Source: Chloroflexota bacterium
GTDB taxonomy: Bacteria; Chloroflexota; Limnocylindria; Limnocylindrales; CSP1-4
NCBI GenBank assembly: GCA_013698095.1
Contig: JACCVQ010000133.1
Coordinates: 2,596-66,595, forward strand
Direction of reading: 5' to 3'
Length of the DNA: 64,000 nucleotides
Part shown: in pieces, positions 33,947 to 41,633 of the stretch
How positions within the stretch are numbered: the first letter of the stretch is position 1
Layout: every line of letters begins with the position of its first letter
The notes under the pieces: model-generated
The model's database searches: none
The model's input: the letters and a program-made list of their open reading frames with translations, nothing else
Told to the model about the DNA's origin: nothing
Translations under genes and position numbers: made by a program

Positions 33947-34747
33947 GTGAAGGTCGTCATCCTCGCCGGCGGTCTCGGGACCCGGCTGTCCGAGGAGACC
34001 GCCTCGCGACCCAAGCCGATGGTCGAGATCGGCGAGCGGCCGATCCTCTGGCACATCATGAAGAGCTACAGCCATCACGGCTTCAACGACTTCGTCGTGT
34101 GCCTGGGCTACAAGGGCTACATGATCAAGGAGTACTTCTCGAACTACTTCCTGCACATGTCCGACGTGACCTTCGACATGCGCGACAACGCGATGACCGT
34201 CCACCAGAACGCGGCGGAGCCGTGGCGGGTGACCCTCGTCGACACGGGGGCAGAGACGCAGACCGGGGGCCGGATCAAGCGAGTCGCCGAGTACATCGGC
34301 GACGAGACGTTCATGCTGACGTACGGCGACGGCGTCGCGGACATCGACCTGGCGAAGCAGCTGGAGTTCCACCGATCCCACGGGAAGGCGGCGACCATCA
34401 CGGCCGTGCAGCCCCTGGGACGCTTCGGATCCCTCGAGATCGATGAGGACGCGACCGTTGGTGGGGTCATCGCGCCCGGGGTGCGGGCATTCCAGGAGAA
34501 GCCAGTCGGCGACGGCGCCTGGGTGAACGGCGGCTTCTTCGTTCTCGAGCCGACGGTCCTCGAGCGGATCGCCGGTGACGACATGCTGTTCGAGCGCGAG
34601 CCGCTGGAGAGCCTGGCCGCCGACGGCGAACTCGTCGCATACCGGCATCGCGGGTTCTGGCAGCCGATGGACGCCCTGCGCGATCTGCGCGTCCTGCAGT
34701 CGTTGTGGGAATCGGGGACAGCACCGTGGGTCGTATGGACGACGTAA
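33947..34747 (+). CDS. rfbF: glucose-1-phosphate cytidylyltransferase
   Basis: ORF 33482..34747 was trimmed to GTG 33947. Contains VKVVILAGGLGTRLSEETASRPKPMVEIGERPILWHIMKSYSHHGFNDFVVCLGYKGYMIKEYFSNYFLH and WVNGGFFVLEP...FWQPMDALRD. It is colinear with RfbF/DdhA. Confidence 0.9.
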   Translation: MKVVILAGGLGTRLSEETASRPKPMVEIGERPILWHIMKSYSHHGFNDFVVCLGYKGYMIKEYFSNYFLHMSDVTFDMRDNAMTVHQNAAEPWRVTLVDTGAETQTGGRIKRVAEYIGDETFMLTYGDGVADIDLAKQLEFHRSHGKAATITAVQPLGRFGSLEIDEDATVGGVIAPGVRAFQEKPVGDGAWVNGGFFVLEPTVLERIAGDDMLFEREPLESLAADGELVAYRHRGFWQPMDALRDLRVLQSLWESGTAPWVVWTT

Positions 34748-35961
34748 CCGGAGTCGCGTCGCGGGCGTCGGCGCTGGCCGTCGAACGACCGATCCGGCCA
34801 TGCCCGGTCTGTGGCTCCGGAATCCACGACGTCCTGTACGAGCAGCGGTTCGAGGACTTCGCGGCCGGAAGCATCACGGACGCCTATGACGTCGTCGCAT
34901 GCCGGAGCTGCGGCATGTGCTTCGCGTCGGGGCTGCCGGAACATGGGCGTTTCGCCGAGTACTACGGGCAATCGTCCAAGTACGACATGGGCGCGGCCGG
35001 CGCCGAGGTGTCGCGTTTCGATGCACAGCGGTATCGGGACGAGGCGGCATTCATTGCTGCCCATGTTGCCGACCGCAGCCGCTCGGTCCTCGACATCGGA
35101 ACTGCAACCGGAGACCTGCTGGTGGCGCTCCGTGACCTCGGTTTCACGAATCTGCACGGGGTCGAACCGTCGGCAGAAGCCGCGCGCAAGGCAAGAGAAC
35201 TCCATGGCCTGGATGTAATCCCTGGCGACATCCGAACAGCTAAAGAGCTTGCCGAGGAATTCGACCTCGTCAGTCTGGTTGCCGTTCTCGAGCACCTCGT
35301 GGATCCCGCCTCGGCTCTTCGTGAGGTCGCTGCACTGCTCAGCACGACCGGAATCCTCTATCTCCTCGTTCCCGACGCGACAAGCTTCAGTGAACACGTC
35401 AACGCGCCTTACCAGGAGTTCAGCGTCGAGCACATCAACTACTTCACTAGTGCATCACTGTCGAACCTGCTCGCGATGGTGGGCTTGCATGTGTCCGTGC
35501 AGCAACGAACCGTTCTTGAACAGAGCGAGGACTCCGAAGGTGGTGCCTTGGAAGTGCTCTGTCAGCGAAGTACTGCTCCCGCGGAGATCCAATTCGACGC
35601 GGCCGGACTCCATGCCCTTCGTGCCTACGTCGACCTCAGTGCGAGGAAGGAAGCTGGCGTAGTAGCGAAGATCAACGAGTTGGCCGAGAGCCAGAGCCCG
35701 ATCTTTGTTTGGGGCACGGGAACTAACACGCTGCACCTTCTGATTGCCTCGCGCCTGGCAGAGTGCAACATCGTGGCCTTCCTGGACTCAAACCCCCACT
35801 ACGCGGGCCGCGAGCTGGCCGGCCGGCCGGTGATGATTCCGACAGCCGTCGCCAACCCGGACGCGCCGATTCTGGTGGCGTCCGCGATCAGCCAGACGGC
35901 GATCGCGACGGCGGCGCGGACCCTTTTCGGCCAGGACGTCCCGCTCATCCTGCTGTACTGA
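34735..35961 (+). CDS. class I SAM-dependent methyltransferase with N-terminal Cys4 zinc-ribbon and C-terminal Rossmann-like module (sugar C- or O-methyltransferase type)
   Basis: Contains CPVCGS...CRSCGMCF, VLDIGTATGDLLVALRDLG, and LVSLVAVLEHLVDP. The C-terminal module reads PIFVWGTGTNTLHLL...VAFLDSNPHYAGRELAGRPV...ILVAS. GC is visibly lower from about 35200 to 35760. Confidence 0.8.
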   Translation: MDDVTGVASRASALAVERPIRPCPVCGSGIHDVLYEQRFEDFAAGSITDAYDVVACRSCGMCFASGLPEHGRFAEYYGQSSKYDMGAAGAEVSRFDAQRYRDEAAFIAAHVADRSRSVLDIGTATGDLLVALRDLGFTNLHGVEPSAEAARKARELHGLDVIPGDIRTAKELAEEFDLVSLVAVLEHLVDPASALREVAALLSTTGILYLLVPDATSFSEHVNAPYQEFSVEHINYFTSASLSNLLAMVGLHVSVQQRTVLEQSEDSEGGALEVLCQRSTAPAEIQFDAAGLHALRAYVDLSARKEAGVVAKINELAESQSPIFVWGTGTNTLHLLIASRLAECNIVAFLDSNPHYAGRELAGRPVMIPTAVANPDAPILVASAISQTAIATAARTLFGQDVPLILLY

Positions 35962-37076
35962 TGTCGAGCCTCAAGGACGCCTATCTCGGGCGCCGCGCCT
36001 TCGTGACCGGTCATACTGGGTTCAAGGGCGCTTGGCTCGCGGAGTGGCTCCGGACGCTGGGCGCCGAGGTCACCGGGTATGCGCTGGATCCGCCGACCCA
36101 GCCGAGTCTCTTCGACGCCCTGGACCTCGGAAGCCGGATGAAGCATGTGATCGCGGACGTCCGTGATCACGAGCGACTCCGGACCCAAGTCCAGGACGCA
36201 CGGCCCGACGTGATCTTCCATCTCGCCGCTCGGGCCCTGGTCCGGCGCGCCTACGAGGAACCGCGCGACACCTTCGAGACCAACGTGATGGGCACGGTCA
36301 ACGTGCTCGAGGCGGCCCGAGCCTGCCCCTCCGTGCGCGCGATCATCATCGTGACGAGCGACAAGTCCTACGAGAATCTCGAGACGGGCCGACCGTTCGT
36401 CGAAGCCGATCCCATGGGTAGCCGCGATCCGTACGGCGCGAGCAAGGCGGCCGCAGAGCTCGTCACGGCCGCCTATCGCGAGAGCTTCTTCGCCGACGGA
36501 GCGGCGGTCGCCAGCGTCCGCGCCGGCAACGTCCTCGGGGGCGGTGACTGGGCGCCGGATCGGATCATCCCGGACTCGGTGCGCGCGCTCGTCGCCGACC
36601 AGCCGGTGGTGGTCCGGAACCCCGAGGCGGTCCGGCCCTGGCAGCACGTCCTAGAGCCGCTGTCCGGCTACCTCCAGCTCGGCGCGCTCCTGTTGGACCA
36701 TGGGCGTCGTTATGAGGGTGCGTGGAACTTCGGGCCAACCGTCCAGGGCTCAGAGCGGCCGGTCCGCTGGGTGGTCGAGCGGTTTCTCGCCGAGTGGGGC
36801 TCGGGCTCCTGGACGACGCCGGCTTCGACCGCCGGCCAGCCCCGGGAAGCCCACCTCCTGAGCCTCGACAGCACCAAGGCCCACGAGCAGCTCGGATGGG
36901 CCCACGTCTGGGAAGCGCCCACGGCCATCCGCCGGACGGCCTCGTGGTATCGCGAGTACTACCGAGATCCGGGCGCCACTCGCGCGCTGGTCGCCGACGA
37001 GCTCCGGGCCTACCAGGACGACGCCGCCGAGGCCGGACGGTCGTGGGCCGGCGTGGCCCGAAGGTCAGCCACGTGA
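35961..37076 (+). CDS. rfbG: CDP-glucose 4,6-dehydratase
   Basis: ORF 35763..37076 was trimmed to ATG 35961 (TGATG overlap). Contains GRRAFVTGHTGFKGAWLAEWL, TSDKSYEN, DPYGASKAAAE, RAGNVLGGGDWAPDRIIPD and RPWQHVLEPLSGYL. Confidence 0.9.
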   Translation: MSSLKDAYLGRRAFVTGHTGFKGAWLAEWLRTLGAEVTGYALDPPTQPSLFDALDLGSRMKHVIADVRDHERLRTQVQDARPDVIFHLAARALVRRAYEEPRDTFETNVMGTVNVLEAARACPSVRAIIIVTSDKSYENLETGRPFVEADPMGSRDPYGASKAAAELVTAAYRESFFADGAAVASVRAGNVLGGGDWAPDRIIPDSVRALVADQPVVVRNPEAVRPWQHVLEPLSGYLQLGALLLDHGRRYEGAWNFGPTVQGSERPVRWVVERFLAEWGSGSWTTPASTAGQPREAHLLSLDSTKAHEQLGWAHVWEAPTAIRRTASWYREYYRDPGATRALVADELRAYQDDAAEAGRSWAGVARRSAT

Positions 37077-38449
37077 CTGCCCCGCGCGAGGGCGCCCCCG
37101 GCACACGCGACGACATCCTCGCGTTGGTCGGCCGCTACTACCGCGAGCGCCACACGCCTCCGTCGTTCGACCCCGCCCGCGACCCGGTGCGCTATGCGGG
37201 CCGCGTTTTCGGCGAGGAGGAGATGCGCCTGCTGGTCGACTCGAGTCTCGACTTCTACCTGACCGCCAGCCGCTTCACCGAGGAGTTCGAGTCGAGCTTC
37301 GCCGAGCGTCTCGGCCTGTCCGACGCCCTCTTCGTGAACTCCGGATCGTCGGCGAACCTCGTCGCCCTCACGACGCTGACGTCGCCGAAGCTCGGCGACC
37401 GCCGCCTCGTCGCCGGAGACGAAGTGATCACGGTGGCGGCGGGCTTCCCGAGCACCGTCACTCCGATCGTCCAGAACGGCCTCGTGCCGGTCTTCGTCGA
37501 TGTCCGGCTTGGCGACTACAACGCGGATCCGGAGCAGTTGCGGGCGGCGATGTCGCCGCGGACGCGAGCCATCATGCTCGCCCACACCCTCGGCGTCCCG
37601 TTCGACCTCGACACGGTCATGGACCTCGTGAAGACCCACGACCTGTGGTTCGTCGAGGACAACTGCGACGCCCTCGGCGCGACGCACCGTGGCCGGCTGA
37701 CCGGGACGTTCGGTCACCTGGCGACGTCGTCCTTCTATCCGGCGCATCACATCACGACCGGCGAGGGCGGGATGGTCGTCACCGCTGACGAGCGGCTCGC
37801 CCGCACCGCCCAATCCATCCGCGACTGGGGCCGTGATTGCTACTGCGCCGGGGGCGAGAACAACACCTGCGGCAAGCGGTTCAGCCAGCAGTTCGGCAGC
37901 CTGCCGTACGGCTACGACCACAAGTACGTATACAGCCAGCTCGGCTACAACCTGAAGGCAACGGACATGCAGGCGGCGATCGGCTGCGCCCAGCTGAAGC
38001 GGCTCGACGAGTTCGTTGCCGCCCGCCGGCACAACCACGGCCGGCTGCTGGATGCGCTCCGGCCGTTCGAGGACCGGCTCATCCTGCCGGTCACGCCGCC
38101 GAACACGGATCCGTCGTGGTTCGCGTTCGTGATCACGGTCCGCGAGGACGCCGGCTTCACGAGGGCCGACCTGACCGGCTACCTCGAGGCCAACCGGATC
38201 GAGACGCGCGGCCTGTTCAGCGGGAACCTGCTCCGACACCCGGCATTCGAGTCGATCGAGCGCCGGGTCGTCGGCGACCTGGCAGCCACCGATGTGGTCA
38301 TGAATCGGACGTTTTTCGTGGGCGTGTACCCGGGGATCGACGATGCGCGCCTCGACTACATGGTCGACGCGTTCGAGCGCTTCATGGCGGGCGATCGCAC
38401 GAGCCGCACACCCGCGGGCCGGCTCACGCCCGCGCCCGCGGATCGCTGA
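37073..38449 (+). CDS. rfbH: CDP-6-deoxy-L-threo-D-glycero-4-hexulose-3-dehydrase (E1; PMP and [2Fe-2S] dependent), RfbH/DdhC
   Basis: ORF 36722..38449 was trimmed to GTG 37073 (GTGA overlap). This is a DegT/DnrJ-fold protein with SSFYPAHHITTGEGG, meaning His replaces the usual PLP lysine, which is the E1 hallmark. The cysteine cluster is RDWGRDCYCAGGENNTCGKRF. Confidence 0.9.
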   Translation: MTAPREGAPGTRDDILALVGRYYRERHTPPSFDPARDPVRYAGRVFGEEEMRLLVDSSLDFYLTASRFTEEFESSFAERLGLSDALFVNSGSSANLVALTTLTSPKLGDRRLVAGDEVITVAAGFPSTVTPIVQNGLVPVFVDVRLGDYNADPEQLRAAMSPRTRAIMLAHTLGVPFDLDTVMDLVKTHDLWFVEDNCDALGATHRGRLTGTFGHLATSSFYPAHHITTGEGGMVVTADERLARTAQSIRDWGRDCYCAGGENNTCGKRFSQQFGSLPYGYDHKYVYSQLGYNLKATDMQAAIGCAQLKRLDEFVAARRHNHGRLLDALRPFEDRLILPVTPPNTDPSWFAFVITVREDAGFTRADLTGYLEANRIETRGLFSGNLLRHPAFESIERRVVGDLAATDVVMNRTFFVGVYPGIDDARLDYMVDAFERFMAGDRTSRTPAGRLTPAPADR

Positions 38450-38457
38450 GCGGGGCG

Positions 38458-39150
38458 GTGGCCGTCGTCCGCAGGATCTCATGCGCGGTGCGCGCGATCG
38501 TCGATCACGGCGAGCGCGTCTACACGGTGGAGCTCGAGCCCTCGACCCGCGTGCCGCTCTTCAAGCCGGGCCAGTTTCTGCACCTGGCGATCGATCCGTT
38601 CGATGGAGCGGGTTTCTGGCCTGAGTCGCGGGTGTTCTCGATCGCGAGCTCGCCCCACGAACGGGTTCGGCTGACGATCACCTATGCCGTCAAGGGCGCC
38701 TTCACGACGCGGATGGAGCGCGAGCTGGCGCCCGGCGCCACCGTCTGGGTCAAGCTCCCGTACGGTGAGTTCGTGGTGGACGCGACGAACGACGCGGTGC
38801 TGTTCGCGGGCGGTACCGGCGTGACGGCTTTCACCGCGTTCCTCCAATCGCTCACGCCCGACCTGACCTCGCGCGTCCTGCTTTTCTACGGCGCCCGGAC
38901 GGCGGATCTCTTCGTCTACGGTCCGCTCGTCCAGGCGTGTGCTCGGGAGGTCCCGTCGTTGACCTGCCACCTGGTCAACGAGGAGACGCAGGGCCGCCTC
39001 GAGGTCGACGCCGCGTGGCCGGCCATCAGCCCCCTCCACGACCCGGTCTTCTATCTCAGCGGCCCGCCGCAGATGCTGGACGCCCTCGCGGCACAGCTCC
39101 GAGGACGCGATGTCCCCGCCGAAGGGATCCGGACGGATGCCTGGGAGTGA
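38458..39150 (+). CDS. FNR-type FAD/NAD(P)H oxidoreductase, E3 (CDP-6-deoxy-delta-3,4-glucoseen reductase)-like but lacking the ferredoxin domain
   Basis: ORF 37837..39150 was trimmed to GTG 38458. Contains FKPGQFLHLAI, RVFSIASSP (the R-x-Y-S type FAD motif), and VLFAGGTGVTAF (the NAD(P) motif). It is only about 230 aa and has no N-terminal Cys-x4-Cys-x2-Cys segment. Confidence 0.7.
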   Translation: MAVVRRISCAVRAIVDHGERVYTVELEPSTRVPLFKPGQFLHLAIDPFDGAGFWPESRVFSIASSPHERVRLTITYAVKGAFTTRMERELAPGATVWVKLPYGEFVVDATNDAVLFAGGTGVTAFTAFLQSLTPDLTSRVLLFYGARTADLFVYGPLVQACAREVPSLTCHLVNEETQGRLEVDAAWPAISPLHDPVFYLSGPPQMLDALAAQLRGRDVPAEGIRTDAWE

Positions 39151-40198
39151 CGCGCGCCCGCTGCCGGTGCAAGACCTGGAGCACATCCTCGAGCACACCG
39201 AGGCCCTCTGGCAGGACCTCCGTGGCGCTCGACTGTTCGTGACCGGCGGAACGGCCTTCTTTGGTCGGTGGATGCTGGAGAGCTTCCTCAAGGCGAACGA
39301 CGACCTTGGGCTGGGCGCCGAGGCCACAGTGCTGACGCGCGATCCAGCCCGGTTCGCCGCGGCGGCGCCACACGTCGCGGAGCACGCGGCCGTGACCTTG
39401 CACCGCGGCGACGTCAAGTCGTTCGAATTCCCGACATCCGACTGTAGCCACGTGCTACATATGGCCACGGAGGCTGGTCCGGGAATGTCTCAGCGCGCCT
39501 CGTTCCAGACGGCCACCGCGGGCACCGAACGCGTGCTGGCCTATGCCGCCCTGCGTGGGTCGCACAAGCTATTGCTCACCAGCTCCGGGGCCGTGTACGG
39601 CAAGCAGCCGCCCGACTGTGACCGCCTCTCCGAGGAGTACGCCGGGGCGCCACAGCCGGAAGACGCGAACGCTGGCTACAGTTTCGGAAAGCGGGCGGCC
39701 GAGTCCCTTTGCTTGGCCGTAGCGGCGGAGTCCGGCGTCGAGGTCAAGATTGCGCGCTGCTTCGCGTTCGTCGGTCCGCTCCTGCCGCTGGACCAGGATT
39801 ACGCCATCGGCAACTTCTTCGGCGACGCGTTGGATCGCGATCACATCGAGATCAAGGGCGACGGCACCGCGCGCCGCTCCTATCTCTACGCGTCCGACCT
39901 TGCCATCTGGCTCTGGACGATCCTGGTGCGGGGCGAATCGGGCCGGCCATACAACGTCGGCTCGGAGCAGGATCTGAGCATCGCCGAGCTGGCAGGAAAG
40001 GTCGCCGGCGCGGTCAGGCCGGGCATCCCGGTTCGCATCGCCCAGACGCCGACCGGTGCCGCTCCCTCGCGTTACATCCCGTCCACCGCCCGGGCCAAGG
40101 GCGAGCTGGGCCTCCAGGCGCATGTCATGCTGGACGAAGCGGTGCGTCGGACGGCGCAGTGGCACCGCGACGGACCAGCGCCCGCAGGCGCAGGCTAG
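39137..40198 (+). CDS. NAD(P)-dependent epimerase/dehydratase-family protein (extended SDR), candidate 4-keto or branch-carbonyl reductase (YerF/RfbS-like role)
   Basis: ORF 39110..40198, with ATG 39137 preferred. Contains RLFVTGGTAFFGRWMLESFL, LLTSSGAVYG and YSFGKRAAE (Y-x3-K). Confidence 0.8.
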   Translation: MPGSDARPLPVQDLEHILEHTEALWQDLRGARLFVTGGTAFFGRWMLESFLKANDDLGLGAEATVLTRDPARFAAAAPHVAEHAAVTLHRGDVKSFEFPTSDCSHVLHMATEAGPGMSQRASFQTATAGTERVLAYAALRGSHKLLLTSSGAVYGKQPPDCDRLSEEYAGAPQPEDANAGYSFGKRAAESLCLAVAAESGVEVKIARCFAFVGPLLPLDQDYAIGNFFGDALDRDHIEIKGDGTARRSYLYASDLAIWLWTILVRGESGRPYNVGSEQDLSIAELAGKVAGAVRPGIPVRIAQTPTGAAPSRYIPSTARAKGELGLQAHVMLDEAVRRTAQWHRDGPAPAGAG

Positions 40199-40287
40199 GC
40201 TTGATGGACACCGATCGGACCGACAGAGTTGTCGCGGGCGCCCCACGCGCTGATTCGCTCCACTAGAACCGCCGGGAGACGCACTTG

Positions 40288-41154
40288 ATGGAAGTTCAAC
40301 TGGGGGGACGGCCCGTCGGGGACGGACAGCCCTGCTACGTGTTGGCCGAGATCGGGATCAACCACAACGGCGACGCGCAAATCGCACGGAAACTGATCGA
40401 TGTCGCCGAGTTCGCGGGCTGTGAAGGGGTCAAGTTCCAAAAGCGAACGGTCGACGTCGTCTACACCGCCGAGGAGCTGGCCAAGCCGCGCGAGAGCCCG
40501 TTCGGCGAGACGAACGGCGATCTGAAACGCGCGCTGGAGTTCGGCCAGGCAGAGTACGAACAGATCGACGCCTACTGCCGGACCAAGCCCATCTCATGGA
40601 CGGCTTCGCCCTGGGACGAAGCCTCCGTCGACTTCATCGACCAGTTCGACCCGCCGTTCTTCAAGGTCGCCTCGGCATCGCTGACCGACGACGGGCTGCT
40701 CCGCCACATCCGCTCGAAGGGCAAGCCGATCGTGCTGTCGACCGGGATGAGCACGCTCGAGCAGATCGACCACGCCGTCGACGTCCTCGGCAAGGAAGAT
40801 CTGATCCTCCTCCATTGCTGCAGCGCCTACCCCTCCCAGTACGCGGAGCTGAACCTCCGTGCAATTCCGGTCCTGCGCGAGCGCTACGGCATTCCGATCG
40901 GGTATTCGGGGCATGAGACCGGCATCGCATCGTCGGTCGCCGCCGCGGTCCTTGGGGCGTGCATCGTCGAGCGCCATATCACGCTGGACCGGTCGATGTG
41001 GGGATCGGACCAGGCCGCCTCGCTCGAGCCGAACGGGATCATGCGGGTGGTTCGCGACATCCGGCTCGTGGAAACGGCGATGGGCGACGGTGAGAAGACC
41101 GTCCTCCCGTCCGAGGTTCCCATCATGCAGAAGCTTCGGCGGGTCGGGCTCTGA
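40288..41154 (+). CDS. NeuB-family PEP-condensing ulosonic-acid (sialic-acid-type) synthase, TIM-barrel only, no SAF/AFP domain
   Basis: Contains CYVLAEIGINHNGDAQIARKLIDVA...GVKFQKR, FFKVASASLTD, IVLSTGMST, LLHCCSAYPS, IGYSGHETG, and VERHITLDRSMWGSDQAASLEP. The protein ends after 288 aa, where canonical NeuB continues with a SAF domain of about 60 aa. Confidence 0.85.
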   Translation: MEVQLGGRPVGDGQPCYVLAEIGINHNGDAQIARKLIDVAEFAGCEGVKFQKRTVDVVYTAEELAKPRESPFGETNGDLKRALEFGQAEYEQIDAYCRTKPISWTASPWDEASVDFIDQFDPPFFKVASASLTDDGLLRHIRSKGKPIVLSTGMSTLEQIDHAVDVLGKEDLILLHCCSAYPSQYAELNLRAIPVLRERYGIPIGYSGHETGIASSVAAAVLGACIVERHITLDRSMWGSDQAASLEPNGIMRVVRDIRLVETAMGDGEKTVLPSEVPIMQKLRRVGL

Positions 41155-41156
41155 GC

Positions 41157-41633
41157 GTGACGATCAAGGCCGTCGCGATGGACGTCGACGGCGTCCTTAC
41201 CGACGGGACGGTCTGGCTCGACGAGAACGGTGGCGAAGGGAAGGCCGTCTCGTTCGCCGACATCATGGGCGTCTCGCTGGGCCGCCGCGCTGGCCTGCTC
41301 TTCGCGTTCGTTTCGGGAGAGGGCGGACCGTGCCTCGATCGGATCGCGGCGAAGTTCGGCGTCGGCGACGTGTACCGCGACTGCAAGGACAAAGCTGGCG
41401 CGGTCCGCGACTTCGCCTCCCGCTACGACCTCGACCTCGCCGAGGTCTGCTTCATCGGCGATGACGTCAACGACGTGCCGGCCCTCGAGATCTGCGGCCT
41501 CGCCGTCGCACCCGCCAACGCCCAGGGGCCCGCGGCGGCGGCGGCGTCGATCGTGACGACGAGACCGGGTGGGGGCGGTGCCGTGCGAGAGGTCATCGAC
41601 GACCTTCTGCGCGCCCGCGAGGTTGCGCAGTGA
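41157..41633 (+). CDS. HAD-IIIA phosphatase, KdsC/YrbI family (ulosonate-phosphate phosphatase)
   Basis: Contains AMDVDGVLTDG, KDKAGAVRDF, FIGDDVNDVPAL and GGGGAVREV. It has a GTG start 3 nt after the neuB-like stop. Confidence 0.85.
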   Translation: MTIKAVAMDVDGVLTDGTVWLDENGGEGKAVSFADIMGVSLGRRAGLLFAFVSGEGGPCLDRIAAKFGVGDVYRDCKDKAGAVRDFASRYDLDLAEVCFIGDDVNDVPALEICGLAVAPANAQGPAAAAASIVTTRPGGGGAVREVIDDLLRAREVAQ

